A stretch of 51,993 bases of DNA, filler included, from Sphacelaria rigidula (GCA_964200075.2; 4 parts of 4 records of this genome joined end to end with filler, not necessarily neighbours in it), one strand, 5' to 3'. Shown: positions 1 to 12,261, counted from the first letter of the whole stretch. Notes: a model not told the origin generated them from the sequence alone. Translations and numbers: made by a program.

Positions 1-95
1 CTATTACGAGTAGGAATGGTGCTCCGTCTCGGAAGGGATGCGTGGTCAATGGTCAAATGACTAAGGCAAGCAACAAATGAGTACGCCCCCCCCCC
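1..95. repeat. Short dispersed repeat (family A), copy 1
   Basis: GTGCTCCGTCTCG..AGGGATGCGTGGTCAATGGTCAAATGACTAAGGCAAGCAACAAATGAGTACG followed by a C-run. It recurs at ~653-728 and ~736-808, and inverted at ~4893-4990. Confidence 0.85.
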
Positions 96-102
96 ATCTG
101 GT

Positions 103-395
103 GAGACACCCATGAGGCAGTGTATAAGCCGTGGCTGTCTCTGAAAGTGGCGATACCAGAAAATAAAGCAACTCATTGGAGGCTGTCATCCAAATGCAAG
201 ATCATCAGTATGCTTCGGGCTGAACACTCTGAGCAGGAGGATGAAGCTCACCCTTCATGCGACTCGCCGAACACACCACAGCGCTTCGCGCTTGGTGATT
301 GAGTACGAGCCTGTTCCGGCGAGAACCCGGCGTGCTCCATCCCGACTTTGTAGGGATGTGAGGTCAATGGCCTTATGCCTATGGCATGCATGATC
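103..395. repeat. ~300-bp dispersed SINE-like repeat (family B)
   Basis: Collinear with 11441-11752. Its 3' part recurs inverted at ~50795-50885. Confidence 0.85.
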
Positions 396-650
396 GACAC
401 TTTCTACGATAGCCCCCCCCCAAAAAGTGCACGGTTTTGGGAAGCGAAATCTTCACGTAAATCGAAGTGGGAAAAGCCGAGGATAACGAGCAGCTAGGCA
501 TTCCCACGCTTGGAATCGTTCTAGCGAATGTCGCCAATATGAGGCGCTTCATGCAGCCTGAACCCAAACATCAGGCCCTGTATGGCCATTTCTTTCGTGA
601 CACTTTCGGGCTGGTTTTGGGGGGGGGTATCATAGAAAGTGTCGATCATG
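389..650. mobile_element. MITE with ~36-bp terminal inverted repeats
   Basis: Left end CATGATCGACACTTTCTACGATAG-C-run-AAAA; right end TTTT-G-run-TATCATAGAAAGTGTCGATCATG. The internal sequence recurs at ~46140-46330. Confidence 0.8.
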
Positions 651-652
651 AG

Positions 653-808
653 TTGCTCCGTCTCGAAAGGGATGCGTGGTCAATGATCACACGACCAAGG
701 CAAGCAATAAAAGAGTACCCCCCCCCCTATCGTAAGATGCTCCGCCTCGAAAGGGATGCGTGGTCAATGGTCAAACGACCAAGGGAAGCAACAAATGAGT
801 ACGCCTCC
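653..808. repeat. Two tandem copies of family A repeat
   Basis: TGCTCCG(T/C)CTCGAAAGGGATGCGTGGTCAATG occurs twice about 84 bp apart. This explains the repeated peptide in ORF 467-967. Confidence 0.85.
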
Positions 809-1231
809 TATCGTAGGATGACTCATAGGTTGAAATGCATCGACATTGATCATCACCAAAATTCGTCTCAAAATATTGCTACGAATGCTGCTGCCCATCA
901 CGTTCACCGGGTGTGCACAATATATTATGGGCATTGTCCGATGTTTTTTAGTGTACGTTCAAGTTGAGTTGTGAACCCTGCTCGGATCTCGCAACCTCTT
1001 GGAGGACCCCTTCACCAGTCGGTGGGACGCGTTTTGGCCCGGACTGCGCCCTCGCGTGGCGATTGACCCCGCCACAGTAGTGCCGAAGATACGTGGTGCC
1101 ACTGAATTTGCTTATACACTTTATATATCATTTTGATAAATCGAATCTCCAAATGTTCGGTGTTGATTGATGAAACGTACCAATACGCAGCCCCGTAAAT
1201 ATTGTACACCATTATTACTGAAAATACACCC

Positions 1232-1306
1232 TCGCTGTCGAGGTTCGAACCTATCAGTAAACGCCCAAACTGGCCCGTGCGGTCTACCAAGTTCACCACC
1301 GGTGCA
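1232..1306 (-). mobile_element. tRNA-derived SINE head (Pol III box A/B-like)
   Basis: Minus strand reads GGTGGTGAACTTGGTAGACC...GGTTCGAACCTCG. No complete cloverleaf is visible. Confidence 0.45.
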
Positions 1307-1583
1307 CAGCGTTTCCTAGCGCATTTTATTCACCAATAACATAATATTATGGTAAATGAGTGTGTACGAACAACCTGGGACCCTTTTTTCTCGGTATTGG
1401 GTAGTAACACGAAAACGAAACAAAGGCAAAAAGAGTGTTCTGAACCAGGAATTCTCGATCGGCTTGGAGGAAGACAATGGGGTACGATGTCGCACTCGTG
1501 CATTTCCTCTCCTCTGGGTTATGTATGCTAGCGCGCTGATTCTGATCCATATGCTGTGCTCCTCGAGAAAAACTCGCTCAACG

Positions 1584-1622
1584 CTACTACTACACTACTA
1601 CTACTACTACTACTACTACTAC
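1584..1622. repeat. (CTA)n microsatellite
   Basis: Direct CTA array with one interruption. Confidence 0.95.
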
Positions 1623-2983
1623 CGAATGCATACACAGAAGAGCAACACGTTCCATCAAACCCGCCCGTCCCTGACCAAATTAGGAACCAACTACGTGGGT
1701 TTTTGCCTCAGATTGTTTTTTCTTCGACGGGAGGGTTTTCGGGTAGAAATCGCGTCAGACTCAAGACGTGGGTTTTTGCTGTGGCTAACGCTTGACCGCA
1801 GTCCTTACAGTAGAAACAAGGCGAAACAACATCCGTCATTCCCGTCACAAGACACACGACGCACTGCTATAGAAACAAGATCGTGCTAGCTCCGATCTGA
1901 AGCTATAGAACACAGCGCTTTTTTCGTGGAAAAGAAAACCTGCTCATCCATCTATCGAAAACACAGTACAGTACAGTACCGTATAGCAGAGCACAGTATA
2001 AACATGAACTGGGACACTTGTTTTGCCGCGTGATAGAGCAACCTTTCAGTTGTCTACAGGCGGATTCCTAGTCCTCCGCCCCCTGATCAGACCCCGGTCA
2101 TGGACCACCTCCTCCGTCGCTCGGGGATCACAAGACTTGCTGCCCGATGCAGCGGGCGAGTATACCACACAAACGCACAAAAACACCGTTGAAATAAGAA
2201 AAACTGACTTGACCGGAAAAACGACACAGGTGTGGACGTGGAGTCTCCGCTCTCTCGCGTTGAAGTCGCTCGCGAGGATTTCACAGTGACCGCGCCTGAC
2301 GCCACGTTTCAATCCTGCAGCAACGCCTGACGACTTGTATTTTTCCCCTGCTGGTCGGTCCCGCCACGTAAAAGCGACTGATACACATTACAAGCCTCTG
2401 GGGAGAAAACTCCATATATATACGGAATGAAATGGGGTGACTGAAGTGTACTACTGTACAAAACTGCGACGATGCTTGCCAGACTCGAACACACACACAC
2501 ACACACACCTAACAACCACAGAACGAACTAAGTGCGCCATGCAGCGTGTGCCTTCTATTCGGCGTACTCAAGATCGTTATCCCGCATCCACGGAATTTAG
2601 TATCCTCCCGCCCATCCAAACCCTCTTGATGGCGACGAGCGCCAAAACAACATCAGGCTTCCACCATTGTACTCTTTATCCCCGCACTCGATCTGGGCGC
2701 GAATAAACTTACCCGCTGATCGGTCACCTTCGACAGCCTGGACGGACGGGCGAGACCTCCAACAGCCATCGCCCCCCCCTCGAGGCTCTCGATACTGAGA
2801 AAAACTTCGAATAAAGTGTGGCGGAAACCCTCCCGGTACAGTACTTACTATCACCATTATCTACGGTATCTGGGGGGGTACCCCTTCAAAACGGGTGCAC
2901 GTCCCACCTCCTCAGGCATCACCTTCCATAGGTGAAGGAAGCGGACGTGTTTGCGTGTGAATGTATGTGTACGTGTATTCGTT

Positions 2984-4753
2984 TTACGAAGGTGGTACCA
3001 CAGCTTCCTCCACGACCGCCTGGACGTTTCCGGCTCCGCCCTCAGCCGCCTTACTCGGTTCGCCGACGACGGCCTCCACTGAGTCGATCATCGTCTGCAG
3101 CGCCGGCGTCTCCATGACTGCCACCGCCACCGCCTCCACGTCCGCCGGCGTCTCGACCGCGGGGATCTCCTCTGCTGTTGCCACTACGTCGGCGACCTTT
3201 TCTGCCACAGCCATCGTCTCCACAACGGGCGTCTCGGCAGGCATCTCAACCACCGCCACGGAATCCGCGATCTTCTCCACCGGAGCCGTCGTTTTGACAT
3301 CGGAAGACTCGGCGGCAGGCACTTCAACCACATGCTTCTCGACCGCTTGTGTGTCTGCCGTCGCGACTACACCTTCGACGGGTTCTGCTCCAGTGGCCGC
3401 CTCGACAACGGAGGTCTCAGCGGCCGGCACCTCAACCAAGGGAGTGTCAACGGCTAGCGTTTCACCCGCAGGGGCCTCGGCGGTAGGCGTCGCGATTGCT
3501 GTCTCCGCTACATCCGTCGCCGCCGCCTCCTCTACCACAGCCGTCATCACGACAGCAGGGGTCTCAACGGCGGGTATTTCAACCGCGGGCTCTACCGCTG
3601 GCGTCTCGATTGCGGGCATCTCCGCCGTCACCGCGACAACGGGGGTCTCAGTAGCGAGCGTATCTGCCGCTGGTTTCTCGACAACAGGTGTCTCGCCCAC
3701 GGGCGTCTCGACTACGGGAGTCTCCACTGTCTTCACAACGGGGGTTTCAACAGCCGGCGTCTCAACGGCGGGCGTCTCCGCTGTCTTTACGACGGGGGTT
3801 TCGACAGCCGGCGTCTCAACCACGGGAGTCTCCACCGCGGGTGTCTCGACTACGGGAGTCTTCACTGTCTTCTCCACAACTGGGGCTTCGACAGCCGGCG
3901 TCTCAACCACGGGAGTCTCCACCACGGGTGTCTCGACTACGGGAGTCTCCACTGTCTTCTCTACAACGGGGGCTTGGAGAGCCGGCATCTCAACCGCTGG
4001 CGTCTCTACTGTCTTCTCTACAACGGGGGTTCCGACAGCTGGTGTTTCAATCACTGGGGTCTCGGCAGTAGGTGTCGCGATTGCTGTCTCTGCCACATTT
4101 ACCGCCGCCGCCTCCTCCACCGCAGCAGCGGTCTCGGCAAGAGGCGACTCATTGGCGGACGTCTCGACCGTCGGTACCTCGACTACGGGTGCCTCCACCT
4201 TCGCCACATCCGCACCTTTCTCCTCCACCGCACCCGTCGTCTCGACGACGGGGGTTTCAACGGCCATCTCCACCTCGGGGGCAACCGCGGCGGGAGCTGC
4301 AGCCGCATCCACCTCCTCAGCGGGGGCCGGCACGACCGCCACGGTCGACGTCTCCACTACCGGGGCCTCGGTCGGATCAACCTTGGGATTCTCAGCCCCA
4401 GAAGATTTCTTCGAGAAGGAGCCCCTTCTCCAGGACTTCATCCTGCCGAGAATTTTGGACACACGCCCAGCCGCCTGAGCATCCGGAGCTACCACCGCTG
4501 GCGTGGGTTCCACGGTGGGAGCGTCGGGCTTGGCCGATTCGGCGGCATCGGCTGGTTGCGCAGACGTAGACTCGGACGGAATCAAAGTACCGCGGATGGG
4601 CACCTGCGGCACGTGGGGGATCTGGGGCAACGTCTCCAGTGTGGACTCCAGGTTGGACACCATGTTTTTGACGGACGGGAGTTTTGGCTCTTCCTCCTCG
4701 TCCTCCTCCGCTTGCTGCTCCTCAGCGGGGACTTCTCTAGTAGCTTCAACGAC
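2984..4753 (-). CDS. Probable terminal exon of an acidic Ala/Val/Glu/Thr/Pro-rich repeat protein (VETP repeats)
   Basis: ORF 2984-4663 extends 30 codons upstream in frame (VVEATREVPAEEQQAEEDEEEEPKLPSVKN-MVSNLE) to an acceptor TTCAG| at 4754/4753. Phase 0 matches the exon at 6070-7416. It has many (V/A)VETP pentapeptides and ends at TAA 2986-2984. Confidence 0.8.
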   Translation of the reverse strand, partial: VVEATREVPAEEQQAEEDEEEEPKLPSVKNMVSNLESTLETLPQIPHVPQVPIRGTLIPSESTSAQPADAAESAKPDAPTVEPTPAVVAPDAQAAGRVSKILGRMKSWRRGSFSKKSSGAENPKVDPTEAPVVETSTVAVVPAPAEEVDAAAAPAAVAPEVEMAVETPVVETTGAVEEKGADVAKVEAPVVEVPTVETSANESPLAETAAAVEEAAAVNVAETAIATPTAETPVIETPAVGTPVVEKTVETPAVEMPALQAPVVEKTVETPVVETPVVETPVVETPAVEAPVVEKTVKTPVVETPAVETPVVETPAVETPVVKTAETPAVETPAVETPVVKTVETPVVETPVGETPVVEKPAADTLATETPVVAVTAEMPAIETPAVEPAVEIPAVETPAVVMTAVVEEAAATDVAETAIATPTAEAPAGETLAVDTPLVEVPAAETSVVEAATGAEPVEGVVATADTQAVEKHVVEVPAAESSDVKTTAPVEKIADSVAVVEMPAETPVVETMAVAEKVADVVATAEEIPAVETPADVEAVAVAVMETPALQTMIDSVEAVVGEPSKAAEGGAGNVQAVVEEAVVPPS

Positions 4754-4892
4754 CTGAATTTGTAGAGGGTGACGAAAAAACGCAGTAAAAAGCCAGGAAC
4801 CAAGGCCGACGGCACGCGAGGGCGGGGGGTAGGGATCTAGTACCGGTAACGAAGTACTACGAGAGGAATGTAAGATCGTGGCGAGAGGCTCG

Positions 4893-4990
4893 GGGGGGGG
4901 GGGGGCGTACTCACTTGTTGCCGGCCTCAGTCATTTGACCATTGACCAGGCATCCCTTTCGAGACGAAGCACCGTTCCTACTCCCAATAG
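4893..4990. repeat. Inverted copy of family A repeat inside an intron
   Basis: Reverse complement of 1-95: G-run CGTACTCA...TTTGACCATTGACC...CCTACTCCCAATAG. Confidence 0.85.
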
Positions 4991-6069
4991 AGATACCTCC
5001 AACATTTAGGTGCTCGTTACGTTTTTTCCATACATGACACAAAAACCTTCAACATGTCTTATCCCCACCCTGTTTTGCCTTCTGTGGTCACCATCTATCT
5101 CCTATATTAGTATTGCCATCGTTTTTTCGCTCCAGTATAATGCGTGTGAACGATTTCATGCCACCTTCGTCCACGTCCCGCATTTACCCCTCTAGCACGT
5201 CCCGTTCCTCCTCGTATAGTTCACATTCTTCCACTACATGAGTTCTGCTCTCTATTGCTTTGTCACAGGGGCAATTCTGTGCATCTACTTCCTCCTCCTT
5301 TCGACTACTGGGGCGCGGGGGAGCGACAGTCAGGGCGACAGTCAGGGCGATAGGCACACAAACGGTATCAAATCACAACTGATCAATAGCAGGCTAACGC
5401 TGCCAGGGACAAGAATGATTTGGCGTCTTTTCCTTGAGAAAGTACACTCCAACCAACTTGGCATCAGCCTATTCTGGTACACTGATGCCACGAATAAGAT
5501 ACTGTATCTGTCTTTCAAGACAGCAACCGCCGCTTCTCTGCGTCCGAACAGATCAATGAAATGCAGCACTGCAAGACCGATCAAGATCCCCCCCATCCTT
5601 CGTACGAATCACGACAACGTACACATCTCTCGTTAATGTTCACGGGCGGCTGGGTACCAGTTACGAATGCTCTTCAACATCGCCAGATTATAGGCGAGTT
5701 AAACCACGCGCGCATAACGTGAATCGGACTGTAAACGCCCGCGTTGGTTTGTATGTATCGCAAACCCGCGTGTACAATTTGACGCCCGTTTTGCGGCTCA
5801 ATTCACGCTGATACACGTCGTTCAACTTGCGGGTAACCTGGGGACGTTGGGAGCTACGGCACACGTGTACCAGCAGCTACCTATACCGTACATTTGACAG
5901 GCGTGTCTCCAGCCATTGAACGAACAAAAATTATGGCAACAACAATCGCACAACTTACACTCCTGACAGGGCTGCCTGTCTCTATTCGAAAAACGAAACT
6001 GCCGACAACAATTTCGGTAAGGCGAAAGATCAAATAGGATCACCATCGTGACGAGACGAGTGCTCTAAC

Positions 6070-7416
6070 CTCGGCAGCCTCAGTGACAACATCAGCGCTC
6101 ACCTCCTCTATGGGAGTCGCCTTAGCAGCAACGACCTCAGCAGTCGCGTCCTCAGCAGGTATCGCCGCCACTTTTACATCAGCAACGACCTCCTTCGGCT
6201 CCTGTGCAACAGACGGGGCCTCACCAGCGATCTCCGTCGCCACGTGCGCGACATCGGCTGGGGAGGAAGCCACGTTCGTCTCGGCGTCGATGATCACTTC
6301 CCTCGTTGCGGCCGGCGCGGCGGACACATCCGCAGCGTCTGCGACAGCCTCGATCGCAGGCTTGGGGTCCTCAACAACGTCCTTCGCCGCCACCACTACT
6401 TCACCGGCCTCGGTAGCTGCACCCTCCACAGTGGCGGTGGCGGCCACCGCTTCGGCCACCGCTGCCTCGGCCTCGATGGCACTAGTCTCCATAATGCCAG
6501 CATCCGCGCTGGCTTCTTCTGTCGGTGCAGCAGCTTCTTCTGCAGCGACAACGACGTCTTCCGGAGTGACAGTGGCGGCCTCGACAACCGCGCCCGCTAT
6601 GGAGGCTTTGACAGCCCCCTCTTCTTTTGTTGAGGCAGCAGCTTCTTCCGCAGCGACGACGGCGGGCTCAGCAACCGCGCCCGCTGCTGAGGCTTCGACA
6701 GCCCCCTCTTCTTTTGTTGAGGCAGCAGCTTCTTCCGCAGCGACAATGACGTCTGACGCAGCGACGACGGGGGGCTCAGCAACCGCGCCCGCTGCGGAGG
6801 CTTCGTCAGCCCCCTCATCTTTTGTTGAGGCAGCAGCTTCTTCCGCAGCGACAACGACGTCTTCCGGAGTGACAATGGCCGGCTCGGCAACTGCGCCCGC
6901 TGCGGAGGCTTCGATAGCCCCCCCTTCTTTTGTTGAGGCAGCAGCTCCTTCCGCAGCGACAACTACGTCCGGCACAGCAACGACGGAGGGCTCAGCAACC
7001 GCGCCCGCTGCGGAGGCTTCGTCAGCCCCCTCTTCTTTTGTTGAGGCAGCAGCTTCTTCCGCAGGGACAGCGACGTCCGGCGCAGCGACGACGGGGGGCT
7101 CAGCAACCGCGTCCGCTGCGGAAGCTTCGACAGCCCGTTCGGTGACGGGGGGTACGGGTGCCTCAGCGGGGACGGCCGGAGTCTCAGCTGCGCGCTCAGG
7201 TGCTGTCTCTCCGGTGGAGACAACAGCCGCCGTTACTGTTTCGGAGGCGCGTGTCGCGTCGGTTGAAACGATGGCGGCGGCAGCGTGTTCTTCTGCTGTA
7301 GTATCGCCGGGCGTCGATTTGTCCACGTCGGTCGCTGCGGATTCTGCAGCGGTTTCCCCTTCGTCGATTGCAGGGGTTGCGGAAGTGTCATCGGTGACAG
7401 TCTTCACCGCTTCTCC
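6070..7416 (-). CDS. Internal exon (449 codons) of the same Ala/Glu-rich repeat protein, with ~40-aa tandem repeats
   Basis: Acceptor TTTTCTCACAG|GGAGAA at 7417/7416 and donor GAG|GTTAGA at 6070/6069, 1347 nt, phase 0/0. About 5 copies of EASAAGAVAEP..V..DVVVAAEEAAASTKEEG lie at ~6530-7130. Upstream exons were not identified. Confidence 0.8.
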
Positions 7417-7688
7417 CTGTGAGAAAATAGTTAAAAACATGTAGACGTGGGAAATAGTAAGAGGATTACGACATAGAAAGACTGGCGGGGCGAGGGGCGG
7501 GAAGTGCTTTGGGTGAACACACCAAGTTGACGTTTGGGGACAATCAAAACGTATGACGGTGCAGCGCAGGCATCGTGTGTGTCGCCTGCTTCGCACGCAT
7601 GACAGAACCAGGGCTTCGGCACGAGGTGGCTGGGCTGGGTGTGCACACATGTCTACGAATGGCACTTGAAGACAGAAATCCTTGCTCA

Positions 7689-8276
7689 CGCGCCCCTCGT
7701 CTAAGCGCTTCAAATTGTCACATGCGCTGACTGCCATGAGGTATCGCTTCGTCGATCAGGGTTGGGTCGTTTGGATATCGTTCATTCTTCAAGTGAAGGT
7801 GATGTCGCTTCAACAAATGATCCTTGGATGATCACCCACGGTAGTGTTCACTGAGGTAACCCCTTGACCGAGACCCCTTCGTACATGGTACATGGGTGAC
7901 CCTGGCGGTCAAAAATACTTCGTGACCGCCACAGTGGGTCACCCTGGGCATTACGCTCATTCGTCATGTGAACATCACGTCGACTCAAGGGATGGCCGCT
8001 AGGTTCGGTCGCTTGGATCTTCCATACTTTTCCAAGCAAAGATGAAGCAGATCCTTCGAATTTTGACCGCTAGGGTAGTCTATGTACAAAGAGGGCTCAG
8101 TCGAAGGGTTACCGAGATAACATTGCCAGGGGTTATCGTCCATGGGCCATTTGTAAAATCGGCATCACTTCCACATGAAAAAATGAGGAATGTCCGAATT
8201 ATCCACCCTGAACGACGAGAGAAACCGCATTGCACTCAGCGCATGTGACATTTTGAAGCGTTGAGACTGGGGCGCG
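7689..8276. mobile_element. Diverged foldback/MITE-like palindrome with ~230-bp arms
   Basis: Outer ends CGCGCCCC..AGCGCTTCAAATTGTCACATGCGCTGA and TCAGCGCATGTGACATTTTGAAGCG..GGGGCGCG. Inner ends ACCCTGGCGGTCAAAA and TTTTGACCGCTAGGGT. Confidence 0.8.
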
Positions 8277-9769
8277 GGGGAGGATCTCCACCCTGGAGGC
8301 CAAAGGTCCTTCGACTGCAAGGCTGGGTCAATCAATCTGTTGAACCAGCCTCACTTTTACTTCGAAAATAATTCAGCGACCCAGACGACCCGCCTCAGCG
8401 GTCAAAATGTCAAGGGGGATGGTTGCGAGGCTCGGACGAATCAATCCTTACGCTTTGTTTTCAGCGTTGTAACCCAGATACGCGCAGCCCAGGCACGTGG
8501 AATGGCGCAAAAGTCGCGTGGAGATCTGTTTGACCAGCGGTCGACTTTTTTTTCTGTCTTTTGATCAATCAGGCCTAAGAAATCGCGGATTTGGTGATTC
8601 GAACCGGCGATGATTCGTCCAAACCGTGGATGGTTGATTACCCTTGAGGTCAGCGCAACGTGATAGACATCTGATCTGTTGAATCCGACATTACCATCAC
8701 TCGAAACCCAGACGACCCCACGTTGGTGACCAAAGGCTTACAATAACAACCCATTCGGCCCAGAGTTGGGACTTCTTTTTCTGTAGGACCCAGTTGTAAA
8801 GAACAAAATCGATACATAGATGAAATTGCTGTGGCATACGTGGACTTGAACAGACTGCTTCGCGGCGAGAGAGCTGACCCTCTGAGCGCCCGCGGATAGC
8901 CATCTGGATCTAATGGTCGATTCCCCCAGGGGATATAATTTCGATTGCATCATAGATAGACACACAGCTGGTGGGCGGGCAAGAGGTGAACCCCTTGATC
9001 ACCAAGCGTTTCGAATATTTTCCGCACGAGCTGTCGTTCTCAAATCTTGTTGCAAGGGAAGGGGTGTGTTCGTGTACGTACGTAGGCTCAAACGCATCAC
9101 TAAGCTGTCAAAAAGGTGAATATTGCTCTCGAAAAGCTAAACAGAGAAGACATGTCGAGGGCTGCGATTGGTCTGCTGCTTTGGACCGTTACCAAAGTGT
9201 TTTTACACTCTTCGGAGCTCTCCTACTATACTGTCATGATTCTACAAATCCAATATATATATATATATATGATGAATTTTTTCGAAGCCACGGCGTAGGA
9301 TGCTTGGCGGGTCGGCAGTGGGCATCAGAACGATTCGATATGAAGTCGAGTGCCCAGCAACGGCATGCCAAACAATATTGTGAAGGGCATAAATATCAAA
9401 GAAGCTTCGGAGATTAGAAATTTTGGACCCCGCCCGGAGGGATTTTCATCAATTTTCGGTCACTCAAAAAATGAAAAAAAAATTGCAGTACTTCGACATG
9501 CCAATTGTGTATGTCTTGCCCGGTTCTACATCTCGTTGCATAGATTACCGTGCATGCATTCCCATGACTTTTGCGAAGATGGGGTGGTTGTAGGTTTCAT
9601 GTGGAGGGTTCCACGTAGTGTACACCACAGGATAATGGGAAATAACCAAAGACATTTTTTGGGAGAGGCGATATTCACCGGATACATGCCCAGTCTTACG
9701 CCAAAAAAAGAAGAAACATTCGGAACATAATTCGATATCTGTTCGCCCCAATACGCTCGCACACACTGC

Positions 9770-9888
9770 GCAACCCCAGATTCAGCAAGATGAGGTTGTT
9801 GTCTGTTGTCTACATGGCATGTGGTCGAAGCTTCAGCGCGTAAAAGCACTGACAGCGCTGGCACGGCCGTGCCTCCTGAAGTGAGCAC
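9770..9888. repeat. Dispersed repeat shared with ~44545-44660
   Basis: TTCAGCAA...CATG(G/A)CATGTGG..GAAG..TCAGCGCGT...TGACAGCGC..G..CCGTGCCT...TGAGCA occurs at both sites. Confidence 0.65.
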
Positions 9889-11440
9889 CTCTACAGGCGA
9901 TACCACTATGGGTACCGCGTAGAATGACATCATCCAGAGTGTGCCCAATCCGAATCGATGTTTGTTTGCCGGGGCAGGAGCCACCTAGCAAGTCATCATG
10001 ATGTGGAAGTGAGCGCATCTGCGTGTCAACATATGCATCCACTGACGTCTCATGCAGTCTGGGCGGCGGAGACGCCGTTTTGAGGGCATATCGACGGTAT
10101 TGCCCAAATTCTGCATTTGTTGGGGTGCATCTTACGTACCCCCCCCCAACACGTGCTGCCGAACCGGGAAAATGCTGTCTATGTTGTGGTTTACCTCTGC
10201 GCCAAGTTACAGGCCAGTTACCCCAGACACGGCGGAGAAACCCACGAGCAAAGTAACGCGTGACTTTTGGTGAAGATACAGTACTAAACCGTCGAAATAT
10301 ACATGAGGTGTCTGATTTTTGAATGCGGACATCTTGGCATTTGAGTTGCATTTTTTTCTGGCGTCAGACTGTGCCACCCCCCCCCGCCCCCCCCCAACTC
10401 TCAAATCTCCATCACAGGATAAGGGGTACGTACGAGTGATGAAACAATACGCTCACCTCCCTACTATAGCAACCAACTTTCGGGGTCTTTGTGTTTTTTC
10501 CCCATCAGCTGAGCACCCCGGGTATGCAGGACACCGTGGCGTTCACCCCCCCCCCCATTAGAACGCGTACACATCCGCAGGTAGTCTGAGTTCACAACAG
10601 TCAGAATAATACGAGGGCTTAGATCAAGGGCGTTTGATTCCACATACTGGGCACGCATCAACGGGGTGTGCGAACAATCGCACGCAGTCGGTTCACTCGA
10701 AAGTGTGTGCAGTTTCGGCCCCCATATTATGTTGTGGTGTGCAGTCCTGCGGAAGCAGTGGTTGCTTGACGAATCGAAGCCGAAACAGGTACATCCGCTG
10801 TCAGGAGCTGCCACGAAGATTAGTGACAGGTGTAACCTCCTCTCGCGATCAGCATTCGTACCGCCTCGATCGATCATCATTTGCCAGCCGTTGGTCACTG
10901 CGAAATCCTACATGATCAATTTGACACATCACTTGATCGCAACGACATAGTCAGTCCATTGCAACAAAATATCCCCTCTTTAAGGAAAAACCGATTAGTA
11001 CCTGAAACAATTTCAGTTCCGAAATGCCCCCCAGGCGTAAAAATGCTTTGTGCGGTATCTCACCAACCAGACCGCCGAATTCCTCGGATGGGATACTGAA
11101 CGGTAGCTGCATACACAGGACGTATGCTCAAGCAAGAAAAAAAAAATGTTGCCTGTTACGGACGCTAGAGCTTCCACTCTGAATCTGAAACTACGTTCTG
11201 AATCTCACGAATATAGTGTTAACTGCTTCACACACGCACCGCGCAGCGGTTCTTAATAGTTACTTCAACTCCCATCGACCAGTCAGTTACTCACCTTGCC
11301 CTACTCGTAGGCCAGTCAAATGGCCGAATTGAAAAAAAGAAGAATAATTCGCTTCGTAATCTTATCGCAATGGAAAATTCTTCCCGATCCTTTCAAGGCT
11401 GGTGGGAGATGAATTGACAGCTCCCTACACGTACCGGTTA

Positions 11441-11752
11441 AACACCCACGAGGCAGTGTAAAAGCCGTGGCTGTCTCTGGAAGTGGCGATGCCACAAAAT
11501 AAAGCAACTCATTGTTGGCTGTCATCCAAATGCAAGATTAAGATTATCAGTAGACTTCGGGCCGAACACTCTTAGCAGGATGCAACTCATCATTCATGCG
11601 ACTCGCCGAACCCACCACCACAGCGCTTCGCGCTTGGTGGTTTAAGTGCGAGCCTGATCCGGCGAAAACCCGGCGTGCTCCGTCCCGGCTTTGTAGGGAT
11701 GCGAGGTCAACGGTCTGATGACTATAGCATGCATGATCATGAGTACACCCCC
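11441..11752. repeat. Family B repeat, second copy
   Basis: Aligns along its length with 103-395. Confidence 0.85.
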
Positions 11753-12261
11753 TACACGTACTGCTTGTACGAGTATGAGGAGGGTGTATGTACGAGTGAT
11801 GCGTGTTAGCCACCATAATCGGCCTGATCTCATGTTGTATAAATATCGATACACTGCCACATTTCAAGCATCATCACCTCAATTCCTACAAAAATAACCG
11901 CAAAAATTGGCCTGATATGGTAAATGATAATAATGTGATCGATATACTGTATCGGCATGGGCTGATATTCGATGCACATTCCTTACGGGTACTCATAAAA
12001 GCTGGTGCGGGGTTTCCCAAAAACATTTTTTTTCATGTACTGCACCCATGGATGCACTAAAGTGTGAGAGGAATATCACTTGATTCTACACTGTCTCCAG
12101 GCCGAAGCTTCAAAATATGCTGTTGAAAACTTCGTTAGTTTGCAAGTTTGATGCCCAGTCAGTGCCACTTATTTCTCTGATCCACATACTCGTACAACTG
12201 GCAGACGTCTCCAACTAAGCTGTGATTCGGCCTCCCAACCGCGAAGTCAAAAGTGTGCAGT

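Noticed and set aside
467-967. 166-aa ORF with an internal peptide repeat
   Set aside because: Mostly built from a MITE and two family A repeats.
2961-4478. 505-aa Ser/Thr/Ala/Gly-rich plus-strand ORF (also 6083-7444)
   Set aside because: Antisense shadows of the repetitive minus-strand exons. Phase-compatible splice sites support the minus strand.
7417-7737. N-terminal part of ORF 6040-7737
   Set aside because: Composition changes abruptly at a polypyrimidine-CAG acceptor, and the ATG lies inside a foldback repeat, so this part is intronic.
11700-11750. CTGATGA in the family B repeat as a hammerhead ribozyme, or an HDV-like fold on the other strand
   Set aside because: No GAAA after a stem II, and I could not build HDV P1.1/P2 pairings by eye.
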